A DNA stretch of 53,308 nt from an uncultured Treponema sp. (GCA_964653395.1 CAZZFL010000002.1:1-53308); one strand, 5' to 3'; shown: positions 19,146-28,998, numbered from the stretch's first letter. Numbers and translations: made by a program. Notes: a model not told the origin generated them from the sequence alone.

Positions 19146-19235
19146 TTCAAAACTCCTGTCTGCAATAAATGTCAGGCCCCGGCCCGATTCGTACATATTT
19201 GACGGCGACAAATTTTCAAAATTCAAATGGAAATT

Positions 19236-19949
19236 TCACAATTCCTTGAACCTGTAGCCGACTCCGCGAAGCGTTTCGATGAATCGGCTTTTTCCAAAAT
19301 CATCGCCGAGCTTTTTTCGAAGCGAAAGAATTTGCACGTCTATGGCGCGGTCAGTGATTATGTATTGGCCTCCGCGCAACGCAGAAATTATTTGCGGACG
19401 CGAAAACACGCGCCCGGCATTTCGCGCCAAAAGTTCAAGCAGGGAAAATTCCGTGGCGGTCAAATCAATTTTATTTTCCGAAACGAAAACTTCGCGCCGT
19501 GACGGAATTATTTTCAATTCTCCAATTTCGATTGTTTTGTCCGCCGCGTTCGCAAAATCCGAATTCGCTTCGCTCAAGTTTTGCGCCGCCCTTCTCAAAA
19601 CTGAATTGACTCTGGCAACAAGTACGCGCGGCGAAAAAGGCTTTGTGATGTAGTCGTCCGCGCCCAAAACCAAGCCTTCCACGATGTCGCTTTCGGCGGA
19701 TTTCGCGGTGAGCATAATTATGGGCACGTCGGAAATCGCCACGTCGCGTTTGACGATTCGGCAAAAATCCAGTCCGCTCATATCAGGCAACATCAAGTCA
19801 AGTAGCACAAGGTCGAATTTTTCCGCGCGAATTTTTTCAAGCGCGTTCACGCAAGTCGCGCACTCATCGCAAGAAAAGCCAGCCTTTTCCAAATTGTATC
19901 GAACAAGGCAGCGAATCGGCTCTTCATCGTCAACGATTAAAATTTTCAT
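19236..19949 (-). CDS. phoB: PhoB/PhoP-like OmpR-family response regulator
   Basis: ILIVDDE, LLDLMLP, GADDYITKPFS, ETLRGVGYRF; upstream of phoR and divergent from the phosphate transporter. Confidence 0.85.
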   Translation of the reverse strand: MKILIVDDEEPIRCLVRYNLEKAGFSCDECATCVNALEKIRAEKFDLVLLDLMLPDMSGLDFCRIVKRDVAISDVPIIMLTAKSAESDIVEGLVLGADDYITKPFSPRVLVARVNSVLRRAAQNLSEANSDFANAADKTIEIGELKIIPSRREVFVSENKIDLTATEFSLLELLARNAGRVFSRPQIISALRGGQYIITDRAIDVQILSLRKKLGDDFGKSRFIETLRGVGYRFKEL

Positions 19950-19999
19950 TCGTTCATTATAATGCGAAAGCGCGAACTTTTGAACAAGCATTGTGCAAT

Positions 20000-20016
20000 T
20001 TAACAAAAAATTAACA
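20000..20016 (+). promoter_or_regulatory. Putative Pho box TTAACA-N5-TTAACA
   Basis: 11-bp-period hexamer pair about 50 nt upstream of the phoB start. Confidence 0.6.
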
Positions 20017-20188
20017 ATTGGAAATCGTGTGAAAATCTGCGCAGAAATATTGGCGAGAATTTGAAAATGTGGATGGCATAAAAGAAAACGCTTTGAACTG
20101 CTACCTTTGTCGCATCGCGTTAACGGCAATTGAAACTGTTATACCCTTCCCCACGCCAATTTTTTACACAAAAAATGTCGCAAAAATT

Positions 20189-20205
20189 TTAACACAAAAT
20201 TAACA
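20189..20205 (+). promoter_or_regulatory. Putative Pho box TTAACA-N5-TTAACA
   Basis: Second identical hexamer pair about 60 nt upstream of the Na/Pi cotransporter. Confidence 0.65.
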
Positions 20206-20266
20206 TTCCTCTAATTTCCCGCTCACATTCATCGCGCATAATTTCCAAAAACAATGCGAGGTGAAA

Positions 20267-21955
20267 ATGAATTACAAGCAAATCATTCAAATTATTTTTG
20301 GAATGGCGGGCGGACTTTCGCTTTTTATTTTCGGGATGAACTTGATGAGCGAGAGCCTGCAAAAAGTTGCGGGACAAAGGATGAAGGCGGTGTTGGGCGC
20401 GCTCACGAAAAATCCAGTGCTGGGAGTGCTGGCAGGCGCGCTTGTCACGATGGTGCTTCAAAGTTCCAGCGCGACCACGGTGCTCATCATCGGATTCGTC
20501 AGTGCAGGCTTGATGAGTCTTCCGCAGGGAATATCCGTGATTTTCGGCGCGAACATCGGAACGACGGCTACAGCGCAAATAATCGCATTCAAAATCAGCG
20601 ACTACATTTGGCCGATTCTCGCGGCAGGATTTTTGATTTCATTTCTTGCGAGGCGCGAAAAATTTAAAAACGCGGGACTTGCGATTTTTGCATTCGGACT
20701 TTTGTTCGTCGGAATAGAAACGATGGGAGGGGTAATGAAGCCGCTCACGAAAAGCGCGACATTCATTTCGATGATGCAAAAAGTTTCGGGAATTCCCGCG
20801 CTCGGAGTTTTGGTCGGAACATTGATGACGCTGGTCGTGCAGTCGAGTTCCGCCACGATTGCAGTTTTGCAAAACTTCGCGCAACAGGCGAGCGCGGATG
20901 GAGTGTCGAGCGTCATCGGACTTTCAGGCGCAATTTCAATTTTGCTTGGCGACAACATCGGAACGACGATAACCGCTTTGCTTGCGAGCATAGGTCAATC
21001 TCGCGACGCGAAACGCGCGGCGGTGGCTCACAGCGTTTTCAATATTGCGGGCGCGTTCTTGTTCATTTGGATAATTCCGTTTTTTGCAAATTTCGTTCGC
21101 TTCATTTCTCCCAAAGGAATCGAAGTGCAAGTAATCGCGCGGCAAATCGCCAACGCGCACATGGCGTTCAATGTTTTGAACACGATTGTGTGGCTGCCGC
21201 TCATTCCGCTTATGATGCGGATTGTCAATTTCATTGTGCGGGGGGAGGAAAACGTAAAAGGCGCTGGCTTGAAACGGACGGCATTTTTGGACAAAAAACT
21301 TTTGGCGCAGCCGAGCGCGGCCATAACTTTGATTCAGCAGGAAATGGAACGAATATCGCTTCTCACGGAAAAGTCAATTTCATCGTTGGAAAAAGTTTTT
21401 TCCGAGCGCAAAATTTCCGCTCTTTTCAAGGCGCAAAAAATGACGCGAGAAGTGCGCAGAATTGACGGCGAAATCGCCGACTACATTTCGTCGCTTTTTT
21501 CGGCGGGCACGATGACGGAATTGCAATCCACGCAAACGGCGGCGATGCTTTGCGTCATGAACGACACGACAAGAATAAATTCGCAATGCGAAGAAATAAT
21601 TCCAATCGCAAAAGAATTTGTCGAGCGCAACATAAAATTTTCTGAAAGCGCGATTAAAGAAATTCTTGAAGGTTTGGACAAAGCGAAGAAAATTTTTCAG
21701 CTGACTTCCACCGCATTGACAAATCGAAATTTTGAAGTCGCGCAAAAGATTATAAACATAAGCGAAAAATTCTGCTCGCTGGAACGCGGCCACATGAAAA
21801 ACCACTTGAAGCGAATCGGAAAAAAACTTTGCAAGCCCGAATCCACGAAGCCGTTTACAATTATAATTCATGGCATAATGAGAATTGCGATTTTGTGCGC
21901 AAGCATTGCCGAAGAAATTTTGGGCGAAAAGAACATTGAAAACAGGGCTGTATAA
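20267..21955 (+). CDS. Na+/phosphate cotransporter with C-terminal PhoU-like region
   Basis: Two QSSSAT repeats, GANIGTT and GDNIGTT; helical C-terminal domain; GAGGTG SD. Confidence 0.9.
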   Translation: MNYKQIIQIIFGMAGGLSLFIFGMNLMSESLQKVAGQRMKAVLGALTKNPVLGVLAGALVTMVLQSSSATTVLIIGFVSAGLMSLPQGISVIFGANIGTTATAQIIAFKISDYIWPILAAGFLISFLARREKFKNAGLAIFAFGLLFVGIETMGGVMKPLTKSATFISMMQKVSGIPALGVLVGTLMTLVVQSSSATIAVLQNFAQQASADGVSSVIGLSGAISILLGDNIGTTITALLASIGQSRDAKRAAVAHSVFNIAGAFLFIWIIPFFANFVRFISPKGIEVQVIARQIANAHMAFNVLNTIVWLPLIPLMMRIVNFIVRGEENVKGAGLKRTAFLDKKLLAQPSAAITLIQQEMERISLLTEKSISSLEKVFSERKISALFKAQKMTREVRRIDGEIADYISSLFSAGTMTELQSTQTAAMLCVMNDTTRINSQCEEIIPIAKEFVERNIKFSESAIKEILEGLDKAKKIFQLTSTALTNRNFEVAQKIINISEKFCSLERGHMKNHLKRIGKKLCKPESTKPFTIIIHGIMRIAILCASIAEEILGEKNIENRAV

Positions 21956-22023
21956 TTATACTTGATTATGAATGGCGGAGTTGCGCGGATTTTTTAACAT
22001 TGTTCAATTTTCATTGCGGGGTT

Positions 22024-22497
22024 TTAAATTTTTATTTTGAATTCCTGCACGTTTGCTTCGCCTGCAAGATTCGCATAAATTTCGTCGCTTGAAAAATCCA
22101 CCAACAAAATCCGCGCTTCCGTGTACGAACGGCGCGGAGAAAATTCGCTCCGTGAAAATTTGAACGCGCGAACTTTTTGAATCAAGTCGAAGGGAATTTC
22201 ATCCATCACGAAAACTCGCACGATTGTGGTGGTTTTGTCTTTTGACGGATTGCGAAATCCAGAAAGCGCGATTTGCGGAAGCGCGTCGATTTCTTTTTTT
22301 ACAAATTTTTCGTCGCACTTGAGCGAAACGATGTAAACGACGCTGTTCAAAAATGCGCCGCGCTTTTGGCTTGAAAAATTTTCATCTTGCACGCCTTGCG
22401 CCACGAGGTCATATTTTTTTGCAAGATAAAAATCGCCGACAGAATAATCTCGTGAAAATTGCTTCGCCAAAAATTCTTTGTATTCGTCTTGCGTCAT
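22024..22497 (-). CDS. Hypothetical protein, 157 aa
   Basis: Clean ORF; TATAAT 6 nt before the ATG. Confidence 0.65.
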   Translation of the reverse strand: MTQDEYKEFLAKQFSRDYSVGDFYLAKKYDLVAQGVQDENFSSQKRGAFLNSVVYIVSLKCDEKFVKKEIDALPQIALSGFRNPSKDKTTTIVRVFVMDEIPFDLIQKVRAFKFSRSEFSPRRSYTEARILLVDFSSDEIYANLAGEANVQEFKIKI

Positions 22498-22519
22498 AAA
22501 AAAATTATAAAATATTTTT

Positions 22520-22560
22520 CATAAAAATTCTACAGCGAATTTTTCATTGGCGCAAATTTC
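22520..22560 (+). repeat. Direct repeat, left copy (CATAAAAATTC-TACAGC-GAATTTTTCATT...)
   Basis: 28/29 identical to 24247-24275; similarity continues about 12-19 nt further. Confidence 0.85.
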
Positions 22561-22565
22561 GCATT

Positions 22566-23684
22566 TTATGCGGGAAGTTTTATTATTTTGAAAATTCTTT
22601 TTCGCAAAAGTTCGATGACTGAACACGCCGCAAATATCGCAAGGCTTCCCGCGATAAGGTAGGGAAGGAGAAGCGGCGAGTTTACGAAAAAATCCGATTT
22701 GAGTACGGCATGATAAAGATAGTATTTTACGAGCGGGTTTTCGTGAATCAAGTACACGCCGAATGTTGTTGCGGCGATTGAATTTATAAAATGATTGTGC
22801 GGAACTTTAAGATTTTTAAATGTCATGAACAAAAAAAGGCCGCAGAGCATTACTGGCAGACTTTCGTTTTTGTCGAAGATTCTTGCGAGATGTTCGACAT
22901 CATTAGAATTCGGAAATGGAATTATTGCGAAAATCTTCCGCGCAAAAATTTTATACACGGCGATGAATATGAATATTCCTGTCGCGCACGCCGCGTTGCG
23001 CTTTGTATTTTTGAAAATTTTTGGATCGTAAAGGCGAATATATTTTGCAATAAAAAATCCGATTATAAAAACGAAAACCGCCGACGGATAAAAAAATCTT
23101 TCACGCAAGCCAAGTGGAACAATCGTTCCGAGTGCGGCCATTACAAAAATCGCCTTTTTGTGCTCGCTTTCATTCATCTGCCGCACGGCCTTGTCGAAAA
23201 TCGGAACAAGCAGAAGAAAAACTAGATAAGTGTTTGCAAACCAGTTGTTGCCGAAATAACACGGCATAAACGAAAATACAAGATCCTTCAGACTCACCTG
23301 CCGCGCGGCGACCGCAAATCCATGCTTGTAATATTCCGTCAGTGCTGTGTTTGTAAATCCAATGGTTGGAATTTTTGTAAAATAAAAGACGCAGCCGATT
23401 ATTGCGGAAGTTGAAAAAATCTGAAACCAAAGTCTGAAAATTTTTTCTTTAGAAGCGGATTTCTCCGAAATAAAATATCCCGAAGTGAAAATGAAAAGGT
23501 AGTTGCCAATCATTCCCGGCGCGCCCCAAAGAATTTCTTTAACGAAAAAGTTGAACGAAAACTGTGATGCGGATTCAGACGGAAATGATATTCCATGTTG
23601 TGCAAAATGATGGATAATGATAAAGAACATCGCGAATATTCGCAAAAGTTCAAAATTTGAGTCCCGTGTTTTTGTTTCTAGCAT
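22566..23684 (-). CDS. Acyltransferase-3 family membrane O-acyltransferase
   Basis: RDSNFELLRIFAMFFIIIHH, FIFTSGYF, WF..Y, TFGVYLIHE; about 10 TM segments. Confidence 0.88.
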   Translation of the reverse strand: MLETKTRDSNFELLRIFAMFFIIIHHFAQHGISFPSESASQFSFNFFVKEILWGAPGMIGNYLFIFTSGYFISEKSASKEKIFRLWFQIFSTSAIIGCVFYFTKIPTIGFTNTALTEYYKHGFAVAARQVSLKDLVFSFMPCYFGNNWFANTYLVFLLLVPIFDKAVRQMNESEHKKAIFVMAALGTIVPLGLRERFFYPSAVFVFIIGFFIAKYIRLYDPKIFKNTKRNAACATGIFIFIAVYKIFARKIFAIIPFPNSNDVEHLARIFDKNESLPVMLCGLFLFMTFKNLKVPHNHFINSIAATTFGVYLIHENPLVKYYLYHAVLKSDFFVNSPLLLPYLIAGSLAIFAACSVIELLRKRIFKIIKLPA

Positions 23685-23820
23685 TGAATGCTCCCTTGTA
23701 AATACTAAAAAGGGCTTAAACGAATGTTTAAAAAGCCTTTTATTACATATAAATTGAACTTTATTATACTATATGGCTTTTATTTTAGTCAAGATGTCAT
23801 TTATTACATATTATTGGCGT

Positions 23821-24147
23821 ATGAGTTTTGCCGAAAATCTTCGAGATGAATTGGAATATCAGGGAATGCAAGTGAAGGAACTTGCGGAAAAAACTGGCTT
23901 GAGCATAAACACGCTGAACAAATATCGTCCCGGAAGTAAGGTCGTTCCCACGATTGACAATGCCCTCAAAATTGCGCGTGTGCTCAAAGTCTCGCTCGAC
24001 TACCTTGCGACTGGAAATTTTACGGCGGGAAAATATGGCGGGCGAAATGAAATTCTCAAAATATCCAACAAGATGCGAAAATTTTCAGATTCCGACATAC
24101 GAACTGTAAAATCCGTGGTGGATGCGCTGAACGAAAAATACAAATAA
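23821..24147 (+). CDS. XRE-family HTH transcriptional regulator
   Basis: FAENLR...KELAEKTGLSINTL...IARVLKVSLDYL. Confidence 0.85.
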   Translation: MSFAENLRDELEYQGMQVKELAEKTGLSINTLNKYRPGSKVVPTIDNALKIARVLKVSLDYLATGNFTAGKYGGRNEILKISNKMRKFSDSDIRTVKSVVDALNEKYK

Positions 24148-24246
24148 TTTGAATTCCAAATTGTAAAGAAAATTGCGGGCGAAAAAATGAATTGGGGAAG
24201 GGGAAAAGTCGCGCGTGGTTTTTGCAAAAAAAATTCCGCGATTCCC

Positions 24247-24286
24247 CATAAAAATTCTACGGCGAATTTTTCATTTACGCAATTTC
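24247..24286 (+). repeat. Direct repeat, right copy (CATAAAAATTC-TACGGC-GAATTTTTCATT...)
   Basis: Matches 22520-22560, 1727 bp apart, same orientation. Confidence 0.85.
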
Positions 24287-24327
24287 ATATTTTTCCCGAA
24301 GTCGCATCGAAAAAAAACGCTTTGATT

Positions 24328-25296
24328 TCAAGCCAACATCGACTTTGGAATTTTGTAGACGCTGCCGCAATTCTTGCACGAGACTTCCAGCGGATCTTTG
24401 TCGTTTTCCAAAATGTCGCGCACTTCTGCCTTGCCGAGATTTTTGATTGATTGCGCGAAGCCTTGCGCGCTGCACGGACAGTCGAAGATTATGTCGCGCT
24501 CCAAGACGATTTTCGGCTCGAATTCGCGGAACAAATTTTTTATGAGTTCGTCGCGCTTTCCGCCTTCCGAAAACCATTGCCCCAAAGACGGCGCGCTTCC
24601 GAACGCAAGTTCGGCGCGTTCGATGAGAGCGTCGTGCTCGGAACTCGCGCTCACGGAATTTGTGAGCGGCTCGCCGTTTGGAGATACCCCTCCCATCGCA
24701 GGAAGCGCCTGCATGAAAAGTCCGCCCGCGCCCACGACGCGTCCTTTTTTGTCAAACTGAATTCCCGTGTTGAACGCCGTGTTGATTTGCTCGGACTTTG
24801 CGAAATGCCACGCCAAATCCTTCGCGATGTTCCTGAATCGAATTTCGGTCGTTCCTGTGTGCGGCTCTTTTTGGCCTTCGATGTCGCGCGTGATCGTGAC
24901 AGTTCCGTAGCCGAAAAAATCAGTCAAATCCCAATTCGTGATTTCATGGTCAATCGGAATCCTGTCCTGAAAAATGTAGCCTCGCACGTAGCCCGAAGAA
25001 TCCGCCTCGACGGAAAATCCGGCGGCAGGTCCGTTCGTGTCGTAGCGAAACGTGAGATGCTCGCGACCTTTCATCGTCTGAATCATCAATGCGGTGCAAA
25101 GCGCGGCTTGTCCCAAAATCATCGTTTCCAAAATGCCGAGATTGTGTTGCGCGCGCATTTGGTTTATCATGCGGGTGCCATTGTAAAACGCGCCTCGGAA
25201 CATTCCGTCTGCGGCGACGAAAACCGTCATCCCGTCCTGCTCGACATTTTCCAATTGCGCCAAAAGTTCTTCGTCCGAAATTTTTTGCCGTATCAT
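24328..25296 (-). CDS. hslO: Hsp33 redox-regulated chaperone
   Basis: VRGYI, SEQINT, GAGGLFMQALP, zinc motif CPCS...CKNC. Confidence 0.9.
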   Translation of the reverse strand: MIRQKISDEELLAQLENVEQDGMTVFVAADGMFRGAFYNGTRMINQMRAQHNLGILETMILGQAALCTALMIQTMKGREHLTFRYDTNGPAAGFSVEADSSGYVRGYIFQDRIPIDHEITNWDLTDFFGYGTVTITRDIEGQKEPHTGTTEIRFRNIAKDLAWHFAKSEQINTAFNTGIQFDKKGRVVGAGGLFMQALPAMGGVSPNGEPLTNSVSASSEHDALIERAELAFGSAPSLGQWFSEGGKRDELIKNLFREFEPKIVLERDIIFDCPCSAQGFAQSIKNLGKAEVRDILENDKDPLEVSCKNCGSVYKIPKSMLA

Positions 25297-25303
25297 TTGA
25301 AAC

Positions 25304-25332
25304 AGTGTAAAATATTTTTGCGCGCGCGTCAA
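25304..25332 (-). promoter_or_regulatory. hslO promoter TTGACG-N17-TACACT, 7 nt before the ATG
   Basis: Minus strand -35 at 25332-25327, -10 at 25309-25304. Confidence 0.7.
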
Positions 25333-25358
25333 TAATATTTCAAATTTTCAATTTCAAA

Positions 25359-25958
25359 TTATGCGATGCCTTTCATTTTCATAAAATTATGAATCGTCGG
25401 AAATGTTACTCCGAGTTCTTGTGCGAGCGATTTTTTGTTTCTGCCTTTGAGCCGTTCGCGCTTGATGTAAGCGCATTTTCCCGTCAATTTCAATTTTGCC
25501 TGTTTTTGACCTTTTGGGCGGCCGACTATTTTTCCTTCCTTGCGGATGCGCTCCAATCCCATTTTTGTGCGCTCGCTGATTAAGTCGCGCTCGATTTGCG
25601 CCGAAAGTCCAAAGGCGAACGCAAGCACTTGCGATTGAATGTTGTCGCCAAGTTCATAATTTTCTTTTATCGTGTAAACCTTCGCGCCAATCGTCATCAA
25701 TTTGTTGAGCACATCGAAAATCATCATCATTGAGCGACCGAGCCTTGAAATTTCCGTGCAGACAATTATGTCATTTTTGTTGACTGTTTGAAGAAGTGCG
25801 CCGAGCTTGCGTTTGTCTGGAGATTTCGTTCCTGAAATAGTTTCAGAAATCCATTGAACCTTGCGAAGCTTTCGTTCCTTGCAAAATTTTTGGATTTCTA
25901 TTTTTTGATTTTTTGCCGTCTGTTTTCCTGTGCTGACCCTAATGTAACCGTAAACCAT
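25359..25958 (-). CDS. Small serine recombinase, Mpi-like DNA invertase
   Basis: YGYIRVST catalytic Ser, ETISGTK, EISRLGR, LGDNIQSQVLAFAFGLSAQIERDLISERTK, GRPKG, C-terminal HTH; GGAGGGG SD. Confidence 0.9.
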   Translation of the reverse strand: MVYGYIRVSTGKQTAKNQKIEIQKFCKERKLRKVQWISETISGTKSPDKRKLGALLQTVNKNDIIVCTEISRLGRSMMMIFDVLNKLMTIGAKVYTIKENYELGDNIQSQVLAFAFGLSAQIERDLISERTKMGLERIRKEGKIVGRPKGQKQAKLKLTGKCAYIKRERLKGRNKKSLAQELGVTFPTIHNFMKMKGIA

Positions 25959-26181
25959 TTTCCCCTCCCAATTGTGATTTTGATTTTAGCATGCGTCCGC
26001 AGCAAAGCGAGGACGCGCACTAAATTTGCATTAAAGATTCTAAATAATTACATCGAAAAAATTTAGATTTTCTTAATAGTTTGTGCAGGTGAAAAATTTC
26101 GGAATGAAAATCATGCTAAAATATTTGAAAAAAAAATCCGATAAAGAAAAAGTAGAAGCATTTTAAGTGGGGTGGATTTTT

Positions 26182-28935
26182 ATGGAAAAAAAAATTATTG
26201 CCGTTTTCTTTTTTATTTCTGCTCTGATTTTTTTTGGATGCAAAAGCACTAAAAAAGTTCAGGATTATATTCTTGCCGGCGAAATTGACAAGGCGAAAGA
26301 ATTTTTCACAAACAAAGCCGATATAAATGAAGTTGATTCGGAAGGCAACACCGCGCTCCATGTCGCCGCAAAAATGAATGAGCCGGATTTGATAACGTTT
26401 CTCGTTGTGAAAGGTGCGGACACTGAACTCAAGAACAATGAAGGCGACACTCCGCTCCATGTTGCCATAAATGTAGACGCTTACGAATCGGCGCGTGCTC
26501 TGACTTCTTTGGGTGCTGACATTTTCGCTTTGGACGGCGAAGGAAAAAGCGCGTTGGAAACTTCGCTTGCTCAAGGCGAAATTTACTATGACATAATGAT
26601 AAATGAAAAAACTTCGCAGCTTCGCGACGTGAACAACGGCAATGGAATCGTCCATTATTTTGTGCTCACGCGAAATAAAAAGGCGATTGATTTTTGTGTG
26701 AACAAACGACTTGACATCGACAAAAAAAATTTTGCAGGACTCACTCCGCTCGCGCTTGCGCTAGAAAATCCTGACACGCTTGTTATTTCGGAAATTGCCG
26801 CAAGCCTTGTTCTTGCCGGAGCGGACGAAGTTGATTGCGATGCGAAATATTTTGAATATGCGCTCACGCAAAGAAATCTTTCCATCAGGATGAACGACGG
26901 TCAAACTCCGCTTCATTTGGCGGCAATCTACGGACATTCGGGAATCGCGCAATATCTTTTGGAAAATGGCGCGGACACATCGACGCAGGACATTTCTGGA
27001 ACGACGCCTCTTCATGAAGCTGTTCGTTATGGAAATGTCGAAATCATTCGCAAACTCATTTCGAGCGGAGCGAATGTGAATGGACAAGACAGCCTTGGAA
27101 AAACTCCGCTTTTGGTTTTGGTGCCCGCCGAACATCAGGATGAAATTTATTCTCTGCTTTTGTCCAGCGGAGCGAACGCGAATCATAAAGATATGTATGG
27201 CGATTCAATTTTGCACACGGCAGCCATGACTTCAATGAAAAACGAATTGTTGGACAAATTCGTTTGCGCAGGTGCGGATGTGAATGTTCGGAACAAAAAA
27301 GGTTTGACGCCGATTTCAGTTTCCATTGAACACAACAATGCAGCGCAATTGAAATTTTTTGTGGAACATGGTGCGGACATTCATGCTGAAGACGCGAAAA
27401 AAATCACGCCGCTTGTGAGCGTTCTTCTTCGCAAGGATGATTTGTACAAATCGCTTATAGTGAAAGAAACTGTTGCCACGGTGGACTCGGAAGGAAACAC
27501 TCCGCTCATAATCGCATTGAAGCGCAATGTTCCTTACGAGCGAATTGAATATATTCTGAGTCTCGGCGCAAATGTGAACGCACGCAATCGCTATGGTGAA
27601 AGCGCGTTGTATATTGCCGTGGAAAAAAACAATCGCATGGAAGGGGAACTTCTTCTTTCATACGGAGCCGATATTTTTTCCGCCAACACAAAAAACATTT
27701 CTCCGCTCCGCCTTGCGCTTGAAAACGAAGATGGCATTGAAGAATGGTTTTTGAATTCGCAGACAATTTCCAAACGTGATGGAAGCGGAAATACCGTTCT
27801 TCATTTTGCTTCGGAATGGAAGTTGCCAGAAAGCACGCTTGAATTTTTGATTCAAAAAGGTTGCGATGTGAATGCCACTAATGGCAACGGCGAAACTCCG
27901 TTGTTCAGCGCGGCAAGGTCGGACAATGCCGATTCAATCGGCGTGCTATTTCAAAACGGCGCGGCGTTAAACGCTCGCGACAATTTGGGAAGTACGGCTC
28001 TTCATGTTGCCGTTAGATGGAATGCAATTTCGGCTGCGGAAAGTTTGCTCAATTTAGGATTTGACGTGAACTCACAAAATGTAGGCGGAAAGACTCCGCT
28101 TGATGAAGCCGCCGTGGAAGGAAATATTGTCATGGCTAAAATGTTGCTTTCTCGCGGTGCTGATCCGAATGTCTATGATATGAATGGATGCAATTCATTG
28201 TTTGGCGCGATTCGGGCAAACCGCTACGATATGGTGAAACTTTTGCTTGATGCGAATGCCAATCCGCAATCGCAGGATTTGAACGGAAGATCCGCCTATC
28301 ATGAAGCCGCGATTTTAGGCAACAAGGAAACGATAATTCTTTTGCGCTATTTTGGTGCCAATCCGCTTGCGCGTGACAAAGCTGGCAATACTCCGCTTTC
28401 AATTGCGTTTGGTCAGGAAAGAGAAATTATGTATGCGATTTTGGGCGGCGACAAAATGATTGCCGATTCCGATGGCAACACTCCCGTCCACATTGCGATT
28501 CAGGAAAAAGCCGGAGTGCCGATTTTAAAGTCGCTGCTTGAAAATGGATTTCCATTTGACACTCGTAACTCGCTTGGCTACACCCCGCTTTCCGTGGCAG
28601 TTTCGCAAAATCAAAAGGACGCAGCCGTTTTGCTTTTGGAAAAAGGCGCGAATCCATTTTCCGAAATAAATTCAAAAGGTGAAAATTCCGTTTCACTTTC
28701 GTTCAAAGATTCAAGCGGAGAACTTCTTGGATTCATCGTAAAATATGCTGGCAAAAAATCCGACGTTCGTGGCAACACCATTTTGCATTACGCGGCACGA
28801 CTTTCCGATGAAAAAACTGTGAGCCGTCTTTTGAATTTGGGGCTTGATAAGAATGCGAAAAATGTTTCTGGCGAAACTCCTTATGATATAGCCGTGAATT
28901 GGAAAAATAATTCAAACGCGGCGTTGTTAAAGTAG
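26182..28935 (+). CDS. Large ankyrin-repeat lipoprotein
   Basis: Lipobox IFFGC; roughly 20 G-x-T-P/A-L-H...GA-D/N-x-N units across about 900 aa. Confidence 0.92.
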   Translation: MEKKIIAVFFFISALIFFGCKSTKKVQDYILAGEIDKAKEFFTNKADINEVDSEGNTALHVAAKMNEPDLITFLVVKGADTELKNNEGDTPLHVAINVDAYESARALTSLGADIFALDGEGKSALETSLAQGEIYYDIMINEKTSQLRDVNNGNGIVHYFVLTRNKKAIDFCVNKRLDIDKKNFAGLTPLALALENPDTLVISEIAASLVLAGADEVDCDAKYFEYALTQRNLSIRMNDGQTPLHLAAIYGHSGIAQYLLENGADTSTQDISGTTPLHEAVRYGNVEIIRKLISSGANVNGQDSLGKTPLLVLVPAEHQDEIYSLLLSSGANANHKDMYGDSILHTAAMTSMKNELLDKFVCAGADVNVRNKKGLTPISVSIEHNNAAQLKFFVEHGADIHAEDAKKITPLVSVLLRKDDLYKSLIVKETVATVDSEGNTPLIIALKRNVPYERIEYILSLGANVNARNRYGESALYIAVEKNNRMEGELLLSYGADIFSANTKNISPLRLALENEDGIEEWFLNSQTISKRDGSGNTVLHFASEWKLPESTLEFLIQKGCDVNATNGNGETPLFSAARSDNADSIGVLFQNGAALNARDNLGSTALHVAVRWNAISAAESLLNLGFDVNSQNVGGKTPLDEAAVEGNIVMAKMLLSRGADPNVYDMNGCNSLFGAIRANRYDMVKLLLDANANPQSQDLNGRSAYHEAAILGNKETIILLRYFGANPLARDKAGNTPLSIAFGQEREIMYAILGGDKMIADSDGNTPVHIAIQEKAGVPILKSLLENGFPFDTRNSLGYTPLSVAVSQNQKDAAVLLLEKGANPFSEINSKGENSVSLSFKDSSGELLGFIVKYAGKKSDVRGNTILHYAARLSDEKTVSRLLNLGLDKNAKNVSGETPYDIAVNWKNNSNAALLK

Positions 28936-28966
28936 ACTGCGACGCGGTAACGAAAGGCTCGAAATT

Positions 28967-28998
28967 AAAAATGACGGCTTCCCGGCCGTCATTTTTTT
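28967..28998. terminator. Bidirectional intrinsic terminator
   Basis: AAAAATGACGGC-loop-GCCGTCATTTTTTT between convergent genes. Confidence 0.85.

Noticed and set aside
23739-23811. 12-bp direct repeat TTTATTACATAT as XRE operator
   Set aside because: Real duplication (23739, 23800) but very AT-rich and non-palindromic; too weak to call
25297-25332. TTG start for hslO at 25332
   Set aside because: That TTG is the -35 box (TTGACG) of a correctly spaced promoter; ATG 25296 fits better
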